A DNA stretch of 64,000 bases from a candidate division WOR-3 bacterium (lineage in GTDB: Bacteria; Hydrothermota; 32-111): positions 277,920 through 341,919 of the forward strand of contig JBBFKX010000002.1 of assembly GCA_037481815.1 (NCBI GenBank), read 5' to 3'. Below are positions 21,543 through 32,643 of the stretch, piece after piece. Numbering within the stretch: position 1 is the stretch's first letter; each line of letters starts with the position of its first letter. The translations under genes and the position numbers were made by a program. A model generated the notes under the pieces. That model had not been told where the DNA came from and ran no database searches. It saw only the letters and a program-made list of their open reading frames with translations.

Positions 21543-21996
21543 AGATTTTTTAAAAAGAATATCAACAAACAAAGAGAATGAAAAAGATAATCCATTTGCG
21601 AAACTTTTCCAAGAAAAAAAGGAAAAAGTGATTCCAAAAGTTGAAGAGAAAAAAGAGGAAGGAATTTCGGGAATAGAAAATCTGGGAACATCACCGACTT
21701 CAAAAAATGAAGGTGAAATGTTTTCGGAAACAGAAAATATTGAAAAAGATGATTCAAAATTACCATCAAAAGATATTTCCAAGGAAAATATTTTTGAAAA
21801 AAAGGAAGAGAAAGTTGACGATAGTTCTACATTTCTATTCAATACCACTTCTTCAACACAGGACTTAACTTTTGATGATTTAACAGCGGAAAGTACCATT
21901 AATGATCAAAAGAAAATTGAACATGTCGTTGAACTTTTAGAAAAAGGTTTGATAGATGAATCTATTGAATTCATAAAACAGAACTTCAAAAAGTAG
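21535..21996 (+). CDS. Hypothetical acidic low-complexity protein
   Basis: SD GGAG; overlaps the upstream stop; ends 5 nt before pyrR. Confidence 0.7.
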   Translation: MSEDFLKRISTNKENEKDNPFAKLFQEKKEKVIPKVEEKKEEGISGIENLGTSPTSKNEGEMFSETENIEKDDSKLPSKDISKENIFEKKEEKVDDSSTFLFNTTSSTQDLTFDDLTAESTINDQKKIEHVVELLEKGLIDESIEFIKQNFKK

Positions 21997-22001
21997 GTAA
22001 T

Positions 22002-22538
22002 ATGTCTAAAAAAACATTAATATTGAATGAAAACGATATTTCAAAAATTATAGATAGGATGGCCAATCAAATAATAGAAAACGAAAAAAATTTAGAAAAT
22101 GTTGCATTTATAGGCATAATCAAAAGAGGAGACATTATAGCAAAAAGAGTCGCTGAAAAAATTTTTAAGAAAAAGAATTTCAACATACAGATTGGGAAAA
22201 TTGATATAAATCTTTACAGAGACGATCTTTCTTTAATCGATCATCAACCATTGGTGAGATCAACAGAAGTTCTATTTGATATAAATGAAAAAGTGATATA
22301 TCTTTTCGATGATGTTTTTTTTACAGGAAGGACGATAAGGAGTGCACTTGTAGAAATTCTTGATATTGGAAGACCAAAGATGATAAAACTTTTTGTTCTT
22401 ATAGACAGAAAATCTCGTGAACTTCCAATAAGACCTGATTTCTCAGGAATAGAGATAGAGATACCTAAAAAGGATAACATAAATGTCTTTTTAAAAGAAC
22501 TCGATGGTAAAGATTGTGTTGAAAAGGAGGAAATTTGA
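22002..22538 (+). CDS. pyrR: Bifunctional pyr regulator / uracil phosphoribosyltransferase
   Basis: DINLYRDDL, DDVFFTGRTIR, RELPIRPDF. Confidence 0.95.
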   Translation: MSKKTLILNENDISKIIDRMANQIIENEKNLENVAFIGIIKRGDIIAKRVAEKIFKKKNFNIQIGKIDINLYRDDLSLIDHQPLVRSTEVLFDINEKVIYLFDDVFFTGRTIRSALVEILDIGRPKMIKLFVLIDRKSRELPIRPDFSGIEIEIPKKDNINVFLKELDGKDCVEKEEI

Positions 22539-23461
22539 ACTGGACAAAAAAACATCTGTTATCTATAGAAGAACTAACAAAGCAAGAGATAGATTTTATA
22601 ATTGAAAATGGTTTTTCCTTCAAAGATATACTTTTAAGACCTATAAAAAAAGTGCCAGCATTGAGAGGGAAAACGGTAGTGAATCTTTTTTTTGAGCCAA
22701 GCACAAGAACACTTGTTTCATTTTCACTCGCTGAAAAACATCTTTCAGCTGATTCTGTAAACGTATCGACAAAAACTTCATCGGTTATGAAAGGGGAATC
22801 ACTTCTTGATACTGCAAAGAACATAGAATCAATGAAAACGGATATGGTTGTTATAAGACACAGTTCTCCAGGAGCAGCTAAATTCTTATCAGAAAGAATC
22901 AATTCAAATGTTATCAATGCTGGAGATGGAACACATGAGCATCCAACTCAGGCATTACTCGATTTTATGACGATTAAAGAGATCTATAAAGATTTCAAAA
23001 ATTTAAAAGTTTTGATACTTGGGGATATTCTCCATTCGAGAGTTGCACGATCACTTCTATGGGGTTTTTCAAAATATGGTTCAAAGGTAACACTCTGTGC
23101 ACCTCCAACACTTATGCCTTTATATTTGAACGATTTTGATGTGACAATAGAATATGATATCGATAAAGCTATCCTGGATAAAGATGTGATTTACATTTTG
23201 AGAATGCAACTTGAAAGACAGGAGAAAGGATTATTCCCATCTTTAAGAGAATATGTTAAAGAATACTCAATGACCTATGAAAGATACTTAAGAATAAAAG
23301 ACAGAAGCATAATAATGCATCCTGGACCTATCAATAGAGGCGTTGAACTCGATGGAAACGTTGCTGATAGTGAAAAATCTGTTATCCTTGATCAGGTTAC
23401 AAATGGAGTTGCTATAAGAATGGCAATATTATATTTACTCAATGGAGGAAAGAATGAATAA
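22535..23461 (+). CDS. pyrB: Aspartate carbamoyltransferase catalytic subunit
   Basis: FFEPSTRT, HPTQALLD, MHPGPINRG; TTG start after GGAGG. Confidence 0.97.
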   Translation: MNWTKKHLLSIEELTKQEIDFIIENGFSFKDILLRPIKKVPALRGKTVVNLFFEPSTRTLVSFSLAEKHLSADSVNVSTKTSSVMKGESLLDTAKNIESMKTDMVVIRHSSPGAAKFLSERINSNVINAGDGTHEHPTQALLDFMTIKEIYKDFKNLKVLILGDILHSRVARSLLWGFSKYGSKVTLCAPPTLMPLYLNDFDVTIEYDIDKAILDKDVIYILRMQLERQEKGLFPSLREYVKEYSMTYERYLRIKDRSIIMHPGPINRGVELDGNVADSEKSVILDQVTNGVAIRMAILYLLNGGKNE

Positions 23462-24725
23462 TCTTGTTTTAAAAAATTGTAATATAGTCAATTATGATAA
23501 AATAGATAAAAATAAAACAGTTGTAATAAAAAATGGGATAATCACTTCAATTGAAAATGGAAACAAGCAGGAAGGTATAGATTTAAAAGGTAAATATCTT
23601 CTTCCATCTTTCGTTGATCTTCATTCTCATTTGCGAGAACCGGGTGAAGAGTTCAAAGAGGATATATTCACAGGTTGTGAAGCAGCTCTGAGTGGTGGTT
23701 ATACTTCAATAGTAATTATGCCAAACACAAAACCCCCAATCGATAACCCACAATCGATAACATATATTAAAAAAAGAGAGCAGGAGTTTGGAAGAATAGA
23801 AATTTATCCTCTTGGGGCTTTAACTAAAAATATGGAGTCGATAGAAATAACAGAAATGTATGATATGCTAAAATCTGGTGCTAAGGGTTTTTCCGATGAT
23901 GGATCAGGAACTAAAAATTCAAGAGTGTTTCTTAACGCCTTAAGATACATTTCAAGATTTGATACTTTTGTTTCAGTACACTGTGAAGATAAAAATCTTA
24001 CTGAAGGTGGACAGATAAACGAATCTGATGTTTCAATCAAAACAGGTCTTTCAGGAATCCCATGTATAGAAGAGGATATAATGGTTTATAGAAATCTAAA
24101 AATTGCAACATATTTAAAAACTGGTCTTCATATAGCACATATTTCAACAAAAGATACATTATCTTTGATTAAAGATTTTAAAAAGAAAAACAAAAAAATC
24201 ACTTGTGAAGTCACTCCTCACCATCTGATTTTTGATGAAAGCGTCCATTTCATGTATGATACCAATTTCAAAGTAAAACCATCTTTAAAATCAAAAACCG
24301 ATGTCGAATTTTTGATAAAAGGGATAAACGATGGGCATATAGATGCGATAGCAACAGATCATGCTCCACATCAGGTATATGAAAAGGAAGTTGAGTTTAT
24401 CTATGCACCCTTTGGAATAATAGGATTTGAAACATCATTTCCATCTTTATATACAAACCTTGTTTTAAAAAATAAAACTGATTTAAAAACAATTGTAAAA
24501 CTTTTAGCATACAATCCTGCAAAGATTTTAAATATAGATGAAAGGTATATCAAAACGGGTAATGTTGCTAACCTTACTGTGGTCGATTTAGATAAAGAGA
24601 TTACAGTAGATAGAAAATTTATCAGATCAAAATCGATAAATACTCCATTTTTTAATAAAAAATTGTTTGGCAGCGTTGAGATGACAATACTAAAAGGTCG
24701 AATAGTTTTTCGGAGAAATGAGTAA
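23454..24725 (+). CDS. pyrC: Dihydroorotase (type I)
   Basis: DLHSHLREPG, MPNTKP, TDHAPH; ATG 23454 follows GGAGG. Confidence 0.95.
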   Translation: MNNLVLKNCNIVNYDKIDKNKTVVIKNGIITSIENGNKQEGIDLKGKYLLPSFVDLHSHLREPGEEFKEDIFTGCEAALSGGYTSIVIMPNTKPPIDNPQSITYIKKREQEFGRIEIYPLGALTKNMESIEITEMYDMLKSGAKGFSDDGSGTKNSRVFLNALRYISRFDTFVSVHCEDKNLTEGGQINESDVSIKTGLSGIPCIEEDIMVYRNLKIATYLKTGLHIAHISTKDTLSLIKDFKKKNKKITCEVTPHHLIFDESVHFMYDTNFKVKPSLKSKTDVEFLIKGINDGHIDAIATDHAPHQVYEKEVEFIYAPFGIIGFETSFPSLYTNLVLKNKTDLKTIVKLLAYNPAKILNIDERYIKTGNVANLTVVDLDKEITVDRKFIRSKSINTPFFNKKLFGSVEMTILKGRIVFRRNE

Positions 24726-27283
24726 TGGGTTTGAAAACAGAATATAAAGATCTGTTCTTAATCACATTTAATCAGTCAAAATTTGTATCAAATATTGACG
24801 AAAATTTAAGTCAGAAACAAAAATATCAAGAAAATATTCAAAGGGTTTTAGTCCTGTTAAAAAATCGAAACATTAATCTTTCACAGATACAGGTTTTCAT
24901 TGATAACACATCGTATGGAAAAATCTTTATATTCATTCCTTTTGATCAGTTTGAAATGTTACAGTCACTGTTCAAACTATACATATTAAACTCTATAGAT
25001 AAAAATGAGATTTCACAGCAGATAAAAAAATTTTATAAAAATGTTATCGAAGCAAACCAGAATTTTTCTCTTTTGTTTGAACTCGTAATGCTAAAAATTT
25101 TTTTCAATGTATTTCAAACTCATAAAGAAAACCTTGATCATAATGAAACTCTTTTTGAAGAAAAACTCAATGGAATAAGAGAAATTGTAAAAGATGTGAG
25201 GAATGAACTCTATTCCACAAACATTTTTAACAGAGAATTTCAAACAAAAATTTTCGATAATTTAAAATTTACGAAGAACTCTATATTCAATAGAGATCTT
25301 GAAATCGAAAGAGAAAGTTTTTTTAACGAATATGGTTTTTCGCTCAATACCTTTATCAATCTACTAAAAATGTTCAACACGGCAGCAAGTCTCGAAAAAG
25401 AGTTGGAAATAATCGAATACTATGAAAACAGAACTATTTGGTCTATAGACGATATAATAAAGCCAGATAATATTATCTACTTACCTTTTTTAAGAGATGA
25501 ATTAAAAGATATAATAACAAAATCGATAATCAAAAAATCCAAACAAACTAAAGAATTTTTACTCAAAGAAAAGGAGGATCTTGAAAAACAACTTGATCAG
25601 ATAAAAAACGATATGGTCGATATTTTAGAAAATTTTTCTTCGAATATAAAAAAGGAAACCATAGATTCTATAAAATACCCAGTAAACCCAACTGTAACAA
25701 ATAAAATTAACAGTTTTATTATTGATTTTAACAGAAGTGTAATGGGAAATATTTTACAGGCGAACAAACTGACAGAAAGATGGAACAATTTTCAAAAAAA
25801 AATGGTAAAAAATGAAAATCTTAGAAACCTCTCATTCGAACAATATATAGAGTTTTTAAAAAATGAGGGTACATTAGATAAAAATGATATTATTCTTTCT
25901 ATTTTAATATATTTTGATTACTCAAAAGATTTTGAAAACTTTTTTGAAAAATTTAAACCACAGATAATTAAAGTTGTAAAAAATTCTTTTGAAGAGTTAA
26001 AAAAAGAATACAATGAAAAAAAGAACAGTATTGTTCAAAAAGAGATCAATTTCATTTCAGATCTTTTTATTGAATCGAAATTTCAAAAAAAATTCAACTT
26101 TGAACTTTTAAAAACAAAATTTTTGCAGATCGTTGAAAATTTGATTGATAAATTTATTGTTTCGATTCTCTTTGATTCTTTCACAATTTTCAATTTAGAA
26201 TTTACAAGTCAGGAAAATAAGCAAGAACTTCTAAATTTCAATCTTTCTGTAAACCTTTTACCTTTCAATAGGGTTATCTATATTTCCAATACAGAAAAAA
26301 GTATTTCTCAGAGATTTTTAGATACGGATGTGGAACAATTAAAAAACATTATAAAAAAGAATTATTCAAAACTGGTTAGTGTTCTTGTTTACGATATCAG
26401 GGGATCATCCTACATGAGTTCAAAATTGAATAATGCTGAAAAACAAAAATTTATTATGAAAAAATTTCAACACATCATAAATAACACTATAAAAAACAAT
26501 TTCGGATTACCTTTAAAAGAAACCGGTGATGGGGGTATTGCAATATTTTGTTCAAATTCAAAAGAAATCTATAGAACACTCTTCAAAGAATCGGTTTCAT
26601 CAAAAAATGTTCTTATAAGACATTCTATAGCAACAGGTTCAGATCTCATAATTAAAGAATCTTCGACCTCATCAATAGAATCATTAAAATGTTCACTTAA
26701 ACTCATAGAAAATGCCGAACAGTTCATCAAAGATAATTACATGAATTACAGAGAGTGGTTTTTCGATGTTCACGAAAAAAAATTGATCCATGAAGGTATA
26801 GAGTATGCCTTACTTCCACCAGAATTCAAATCTCTGTTTAGAGTTGGTGTTGGAATAGCGAGTGGTATAGTTAACAGAGATGTCAATATTTCAATAAATG
26901 CCTTTGGGGATATAGATATATACGGTGTAACAATAAATGAAGCAAAAATACTTTCAGGCGGTAAAGATCCATCATCATCGATAATATTAATAGATCATTT
27001 TACACTATTTTCAACAATACTCAATTCGAATTATATAGAAACAAAAATTCAAGAAAATCTTTCACAAAAAGAAAATTATTTAAAAAATCTTTTTGATCTT
27101 AGAAAAAGTTTTCTTGTTGAAAATTTTAAAATCAAGTATTACGGTATATACTATCCTTTAAAGAAAAATAAAGATCAAGTTATAGAAACAAATGTTGACA
27201 TCAATGATATCTTTATTGAAGATAATGGAAAAATATTCTATAATGATGAAGAAATAAAAATATTATATCAAGTAGAGATATAA
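24725..27283 (+). CDS. Class III nucleotide cyclase domain protein with long helical N-terminus
   Basis: VYDIRGSS, KETGDG, FRVGVGIASG, DIYGVTINEA; start overlaps the pyrC stop (TAATG). Confidence 0.8.
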   Translation: MGLKTEYKDLFLITFNQSKFVSNIDENLSQKQKYQENIQRVLVLLKNRNINLSQIQVFIDNTSYGKIFIFIPFDQFEMLQSLFKLYILNSIDKNEISQQIKKFYKNVIEANQNFSLLFELVMLKIFFNVFQTHKENLDHNETLFEEKLNGIREIVKDVRNELYSTNIFNREFQTKIFDNLKFTKNSIFNRDLEIERESFFNEYGFSLNTFINLLKMFNTAASLEKELEIIEYYENRTIWSIDDIIKPDNIIYLPFLRDELKDIITKSIIKKSKQTKEFLLKEKEDLEKQLDQIKNDMVDILENFSSNIKKETIDSIKYPVNPTVTNKINSFIIDFNRSVMGNILQANKLTERWNNFQKKMVKNENLRNLSFEQYIEFLKNEGTLDKNDIILSILIYFDYSKDFENFFEKFKPQIIKVVKNSFEELKKEYNEKKNSIVQKEINFISDLFIESKFQKKFNFELLKTKFLQIVENLIDKFIVSILFDSFTIFNLEFTSQENKQELLNFNLSVNLLPFNRVIYISNTEKSISQRFLDTDVEQLKNIIKKNYSKLVSVLVYDIRGSSYMSSKLNNAEKQKFIMKKFQHIINNTIKNNFGLPLKETGDGGIAIFCSNSKEIYRTLFKESVSSKNVLIRHSIATGSDLIIKESSTSSIESLKCSLKLIENAEQFIKDNYMNYREWFFDVHEKKLIHEGIEYALLPPEFKSLFRVGVGIASGIVNRDVNISINAFGDIDIYGVTINEAKILSGGKDPSSSIILIDHFTLFSTILNSNYIETKIQENLSQKENYLKNLFDLRKSFLVENFKIKYYGIYYPLKKNKDQVIETNVDINDIFIEDNGKIFYNDEEIKILYQVEI

Positions 27284-27499
27284 CTATTTTTCTTTCTTAT
27301 CGCTTTTTCCAAACTTTTTCATGTATTTGTCAACCCTTCCAGCTGTATCAACAAATTTCTGCTTTCCAGTAAAGAATGGGTGACATTTTGAACATATTTC
27401 AACTTTTATCAATTTTTTTGTTGCTCTTGTCTTTATCTGGTTTCCACAAGCACATTGTATAGTTGCATCAACATATTCTGGATGTATTCCTTTTTTCAT
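27284..27499 (-). CDS. rpmE: 50S ribosomal protein L31 (Zn-binding type)
   Basis: [29 protein letters not shown]. Confidence 0.98.
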   Translation of the reverse strand: MKKGIHPEYVDATIQCACGNQIKTRATKKLIKVEICSKCHPFFTGKQKFVDTAGRVDKYMKKFGKSDKKEK

Positions 27500-27507
27500 T
27501 GTTCCTC

Positions 27508-28755
27508 CTATTCAGTCATCACTTTCAAAAATTCCTGATTGTTTTTAGTTGCTGACATTCTGTTTATTAAAAATTCCATAGCTTCAACCGGATTCATTTC
27601 ACTTAGAAGTTTTCTTAAAACCCAAACTCTTGATAATTCAAATTCTGTTAAAAGAAGGTTCTCTTTTCTCGTTCCCGATTTATTCACATCTATAGCAGGG
27701 AAAATTCTTCTGTCTGCGAGTTTCCTGTCGAGTACAAGTTCCATATTTCCCGTACCTTTAAACTCTTCAAAAATTACCTCATCCATTCTGGATCCTGTCT
27801 CTATCAAAGCTGTTGCTATTATAGTTAAGCTTCCTCCATTTTCAATATTTCTTGCGGCTCCAAAGAATCTTTTTGGTTTATGTAAAGCGTTCGAATCAAC
27901 TCCACCAGACAAAGTTCTTCCACTATGTGGAGTTACCACGTTGTATGCTCGTGCAAGTCTTGTTATTGAATCAAGTAAAATCACAACATCATATTTCTGC
28001 TCAACCAATCTTTTCGCCCTTTCTATAACTATTTGTGCAACCTGAACATGTCTATCCGCTGGTTCATCGAATGTGGAAGAGATAACCTCTCCCTTAACAG
28101 ACCTTTCCATATCTGTAACTTCTTCAGGTCTTTCGTCGATAAGTAAAACTATAAGTTTAATTTCAGGATGGTTTTCAGATATCGCATTGGCTATCTTCTG
28201 TAAAATTATTGTTTTACCTGCCCTTGGAGGTGACACTATCAAAGATCTTTGTCCCTTTCCAATCGGTGTTAGCAAGTTGATTATTCTCAAAGAAAGATCG
28301 TTACTTTTTGTTTCAAGATTTATTTTTTCATCTGGATAAAGAGGTGTTAAATTATCAAAGAGAATCCTTTTTCTTGATTCTTCATAAGGAACATAATTTA
28401 TTGTTTCAATCTTCAATAGAGCAAAATATTTTTCGTTATCTTTTGGAGGTCTAATTTGTCCATAAATCGTGTCACCAGTTTCGAGTCCAAATTTTTTTAT
28501 CTGTGATGGTGAAACATAAATATCCATCGGACCGGGAGTGTATGAATATTCTGGTTGTCTTAAAAAGCCAAAACCCTCCGAGGAAATTTCAAGAACTCCT
28601 TCCCCATAGATGTTACCATTAAGTTCAGATTGTTTTTCAAGTATTTTGAAGATGAGTTCCTGTTTTTTCAGGGTACTTACATTTTCAATTTCAAAACTTT
28701 TGGCAAGGTCTATCAATTCGTTAAAAGTTTTATTTTTTAAATCATCAATTTTCAT
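27508..28755 (-). CDS. rho: Transcription termination factor Rho
   Basis: [36 protein letters not shown]; likely start MKIDDL at 28755. Confidence 0.98.
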   Translation of the reverse strand: MKIDDLKNKTFNELIDLAKSFEIENVSTLKKQELIFKILEKQSELNGNIYGEGVLEISSEGFGFLRQPEYSYTPGPMDIYVSPSQIKKFGLETGDTIYGQIRPPKDNEKYFALLKIETINYVPYEESRKRILFDNLTPLYPDEKINLETKSNDLSLRIINLLTPIGKGQRSLIVSPPRAGKTIILQKIANAISENHPEIKLIVLLIDERPEEVTDMERSVKGEVISSTFDEPADRHVQVAQIVIERAKRLVEQKYDVVILLDSITRLARAYNVVTPHSGRTLSGGVDSNALHKPKRFFGAARNIENGGSLTIIATALIETGSRMDEVIFEEFKGTGNMELVLDRKLADRRIFPAIDVNKSGTRKENLLLTEFELSRVWVLRKLLSEMNPVEAMEFLINRMSATKNNQEFLKVMTE

Positions 28756-28790
28756 AAACTCTTCTTTTTTAGGGGTTAAAATGAACAATT

Positions 28791-28818
28791 ATTATAAATC
28801 TTTTTTCAAGAAAGTCAA
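28791..28818 (-). promoter_or_regulatory. Sigma70 promoter for rho-rpmE
   Basis: TTGACT-16-TATAAT. Confidence 0.65.
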
Positions 28819-28821
28819 GGT

Positions 28822-30549
28822 TTATTTTTTCTTTCTAAAACTTTTCAAGAATGATGCTTTGTTGTCAACTTCTTGAACATTTGAAAGTATCTCTTGCATA
28901 GATGCGGTTTGTTGTTCAATAGATGCTGCTATCTCCTCTGTGTTTGCTGAAGTTTTCTCCGAAAGTTCTGCAATATTTGAAATTTTTTCTATATATTTGT
29001 TTATGAGTTCCATCTGTTCCTCTGAAGAATAGTATATCTCTTTAATCATATTGACCGTGAGAGTTATCGCTTTTGAAATCTGTTGAAATTCATTCTTTGT
29101 GTCATCCATCAATTTTTTTCCTTCCGAAACATTGTTGTGCTGATTTTTTATCAGTTCTGCAGTACTTTTGATATCATCTTTTATTTCATCTATAAGGCGG
29201 GAAATCCTTTCGGTTGAATTCGCAGATTGTTCAGCAAGTTCCCTTATCTCTTCAGCGACAACAGCGAAACCTTTTCCGTATTCTCCAACCCTTGCTGCCT
29301 CAATAGCCGCATTCAAAGCGAGTAGGTCTGTCTGTTCTGAAATTTTTGTAATGATCTCAACTATCTCGTTGATCTGCTCTGATCTGTTCTGTAAGAACTC
29401 TATTTTTTCAAGTGCTTTATTGACATTCAAAACTATAAAATCGAAATTTGTCATCGTTTTTTCAACTTTATCAAGACCAAGGGTTGTTGCATCGTTAGCC
29501 TTTTTTGACGCTGTCTGTGCCATATTTATTTTGGATGAAACACTTTCAGACAAAGTTTTTATCTTTAAAGCATCATTTTTTGCTATTTTTGTATTGTTGG
29601 ATTGCTCTTCCATATCATGTGCTATCTCCTGAACCGTTGAGGAAATCTCTTGTGAAGATGCTGTTATCTCTTCTCCAGTTGCTGCAAGTTGACTTGTTAT
29701 CGTTGAAAGTTCATCAGCAATATTCAGTAATGTTTGAATAAACTTTTCATACCTTTTTAAACTCTTGTTCAACTCCGATACGAGATCACCTATTTCATCG
29801 TTCACATATATTGAAATATTTTCTCCGACCTCACCTTCTTCGGAAAACAATTTTTTTATTGACTCCTTTACATTTGTTATTGGGTGAACTATTGACATCA
29901 AAAAAATCCAGGAAAGAAGAAAACTTAGAACCAAAAGAATGCCATAAAGTATTATATTATGCTTGATCACGAAACTTATAAAAATTATGAATATTAAAAG
30001 GAAATTAACGGTGATAAAGAATCTTAAACCTATCGGGATCCTTTTTAGATATTTTTTTATCTTATCATAATCATCGGGCGAAAGCTTATATTCAGATAAT
30101 TTTTTTGAAAAAACAAGTATCGAAAGTTGCATGTTTACAAGACCCATAAAAATTGCAATTAGAAATCCATCTATAAAACCAATTATTACAGATTTTATAG
30201 GAGAGTTTGTAAAGAAAAGGATAATCGCAACTATCAATGTGCCTGAAAAGAAGTGCAAAAACATGTGTATCGATGAGGCAAATGGAGAATTTATCATAAA
30301 TATGTATTCTTTCAACTCCTTTTTTTCTATATCTCCATTATTTATTGTTAACCTGTATCTGATCCTCTGTACGATTTCATATTCTATGGCAAGTATTAAA
30401 CCTAAAATCCCGCCAAGGTATAGAATGATATTCCTTTGAACCTGAGTGAATTCAACCGATTGTGGAACCATTATTACGAGTAATGGAACACCTATAATTA
30501 ATGCTGGGAGATTTGTTGAAAGGGTAAAAAAATTTAACAACTTTTTCAT
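28822..30549 (-). CDS. Methyl-accepting chemotaxis protein, about 6 TM + HAMP + MA domain
   Basis: [35 protein letters not shown]; HAMP NDEIGDL; six hydrophobic N-terminal segments. Confidence 0.93.
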   Translation of the reverse strand: MKKLLNFFTLSTNLPALIIGVPLLVIMVPQSVEFTQVQRNIILYLGGILGLILAIEYEIVQRIRYRLTINNGDIEKKELKEYIFMINSPFASSIHMFLHFFSGTLIVAIILFFTNSPIKSVIIGFIDGFLIAIFMGLVNMQLSILVFSKKLSEYKLSPDDYDKIKKYLKRIPIGLRFFITVNFLLIFIIFISFVIKHNIILYGILLVLSFLLSWIFLMSIVHPITNVKESIKKLFSEEGEVGENISIYVNDEIGDLVSELNKSLKRYEKFIQTLLNIADELSTITSQLAATGEEITASSQEISSTVQEIAHDMEEQSNNTKIAKNDALKIKTLSESVSSKINMAQTASKKANDATTLGLDKVEKTMTNFDFIVLNVNKALEKIEFLQNRSEQINEIVEIITKISEQTDLLALNAAIEAARVGEYGKGFAVVAEEIRELAEQSANSTERISRLIDEIKDDIKSTAELIKNQHNNVSEGKKLMDDTKNEFQQISKAITLTVNMIKEIYYSSEEQMELINKYIEKISNIAELSEKTSANTEEIAASIEQQTASMQEILSNVQEVDNKASFLKSFRKKK

Positions 30550-30561
30550 ATTTTATAATTT

Positions 30562-30589
30562 ATCTTAACATAATTTTTTTTCAAGTCAA
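30562..30589 (-). promoter_or_regulatory. Possible sigma70 promoter for the MCP (short leader)
   Basis: TTGACT-16-TAAGAT with TG extension; 12 nt to ATG; no SD. Confidence 0.45.
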
Positions 30590-30594
30590 TATAT

Positions 30595-32643
30595 TCAAAA
30601 CGATATAGAGGAGTTTAACGATACAGATCCATAATAAATATCACTCAACACATCCAGGTAAAAACATGGATAGAAACTCAAGTTTACAAATTTAAATTTC
30701 AACTTGAAATCTGGAGTAAACGACAAACACATCTTTTTTAACCCATCAAAATCTTTTTTCAAAAAGATTTGAATTAATAAACCCAAAGAAAATTTGTCCG
30801 CAGAACCTATATATCCCAAATATAAACCATACTTTTCATCAATGATTCTCTCGATTTCTTCTTCGGTTATCAGCGCTCTAAAACTCATGGATGTTCTGAA
30901 AATGCTTTTATAAATTGAAGAAAATAAGAAATCAAACTCTGTGGATAGATTTTTCTTCTTTTCAGAAAATTTGTAATTCGTTTGAGTTATAAAAAATTTT
31001 CCTGAAAGATCAAGTAGATTCAGTTTTGTAGCATAATATGTTCCTGTTCCTGTTTTGAAAATATGATTTTTATCGTTTTCAAAATCTCCACTTGAAAAAA
31101 TATTGTTTGTGATGGAGAAAAATAGGTGTGGAAGATTTTTATTTGAATAAATAAAGTTCAAATTTGTGAAAATATCATTATGCTCGGAGTCAAGAAAAAA
31201 GATTTTATTCTGATCATCATCTTTAACAACAAGATCTCCTGCTAAAACAAGATCTTTTGTTATGAAAATCTGATTTTTTAATAAAAATCTGGTGTAATTG
31301 TTATAAAAAAAATAATGGTCATAATGTGAAATTTTTGTTATATAAATTAGAGCATAATATTTTTTTAGATCTATTTCACTTCCAAATTTTTGGGAAAAGT
31401 TTTCAAAATTTCTAAAGTTAGATAAAGAGTCATCACTCAATATAACATATGGAGATGAAATGTTGTAGAACAGTTTCACCTTTTTACTATACAGATGAAA
31501 ATTGTTGTTCAATTTGAAGTTTATATAGAACAAAGAATCCTTCAACAGCACATTTTCAAGGTTAAAACCATAGAGGTTTAACCTTCTATCAAAAGTAAAA
31601 CTTGAAAAAAACTTTTCAGTATATGTAAGCTTTCCAGTGATATTTGAAATGGAGATCAAAGAATCTCTGTAGTAAAAGGAAAATCCTTTTAAAGGAATAT
31701 GACCATAATTTGAAAAACTATCATAATAATAAAGATCCAACAAATTCAAAGTAACTTTTTTGAAATTTAGACGAAAACCCATTTTATTTTCGCTCCAGAA
31801 ATTTTCTCCAGAATAAACATTGTTATATATGCTAAAGTTGTATGAAAAGTTACTAACGTTTCCATAAAAATAAATAGAGTATGAGTTGAAGAAATTGTTC
31901 AAAATGTTTGGTTCATATCGAAAGTTATACGACATTTCTCCATTAAAAAGGTTTTTAAAAAAATCTTTATTTGAAATATTAAAATAATAAGTTTTGACCA
32001 GTTTTTCTTCTTTTGCAAGATCTATCCTGTATCTTGATGGCTTTAAAAGCTTTTCAGGTGCATAGGTTAGTATCTTTTCCCCAATTAAACATTTCTCTGT
32101 TATGTTTTCACCATCCATTACTATTTTTACATCTTTTGTTCCATCAGGTATATAAACTGAAAATATGAAATTATCAGGGTCAATTTTTTTCCCGCTTTCA
32201 GGTAATAATAAAATGATTTCACTTTTTAATTTTTTTTCTTTAACAAACTTTACAATATTTTTAGTTCTTTCCTGGATCAACTCAGGTAAATATTCTAACT
32301 TGTTATCTTTAGTTAAAATCTCAAAATAGTAATAGAAATCTTTTTGTGGCAAAGAATCAAAAGGTATTGAAACAAAAGTTCTGTTACCATCAAATTGCAT
32401 TCTAAACCTTTTTTCGACATTAAAATCTGAAAGAACAATATATAGTTCTCTAATTCTATAAGGATCCTCTTTAAAAATTAAAAAAATTGTAAAATTTTCT
32501 CCATCATAAAGTTCATCTATTTTTGAGTAATCTGCCATGATCCCGGGGAAAACTTTTAAATATAACATTAAAAAGATAACCAGGTAAAAAAATTTCTTAG
32601 TTTTCGATGTAAACATAAATTGTGTCATTTTTGTAGTTTTCAA
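30595..32643 (-). CDS. Probable outer-membrane beta-barrel with N-terminal Ig-like domains
   Basis: Signal-like segment (true start probably 32616), YYFEI Ig-like strand, aromatic alternating strands, terminal Phe. Confidence 0.55.
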   Translation of the reverse strand: MKTTKMTQFMFTSKTKKFFYLVIFLMLYLKVFPGIMADYSKIDELYDGENFTIFLIFKEDPYRIRELYIVLSDFNVEKRFRMQFDGNRTFVSIPFDSLPQKDFYYYFEILTKDNKLEYLPELIQERTKNIVKFVKEKKLKSEIILLLPESGKKIDPDNFIFSVYIPDGTKDVKIVMDGENITEKCLIGEKILTYAPEKLLKPSRYRIDLAKEEKLVKTYYFNISNKDFFKNLFNGEMSYNFRYEPNILNNFFNSYSIYFYGNVSNFSYNFSIYNNVYSGENFWSENKMGFRLNFKKVTLNLLDLYYYDSFSNYGHIPLKGFSFYYRDSLISISNITGKLTYTEKFFSSFTFDRRLNLYGFNLENVLLKDSLFYINFKLNNNFHLYSKKVKLFYNISSPYVILSDDSLSNFRNFENFSQKFGSEIDLKKYYALIYITKISHYDHYFFYNNYTRFLLKNQIFITKDLVLAGDLVVKDDDQNKIFFLDSEHNDIFTNLNFIYSNKNLPHLFFSITNNIFSSGDFENDKNHIFKTGTGTYYATKLNLLDLSGKFFITQTNYKFSEKKKNLSTEFDFLFSSIYKSIFRTSMSFRALITEEEIERIIDEKYGLYLGYIGSADKFSLGLLIQIFLKKDFDGLKKMCLSFTPDFKLKFKFVNLSFYPCFYLDVLSDIYYGSVSLNSSISF

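Noticed and set aside
24725-27283. Bona fide Pycsar defence system
   Set aside because: No adjacent cNMP-binding TM or TIR effector; housekeeping context; adenine-type specificity residues.
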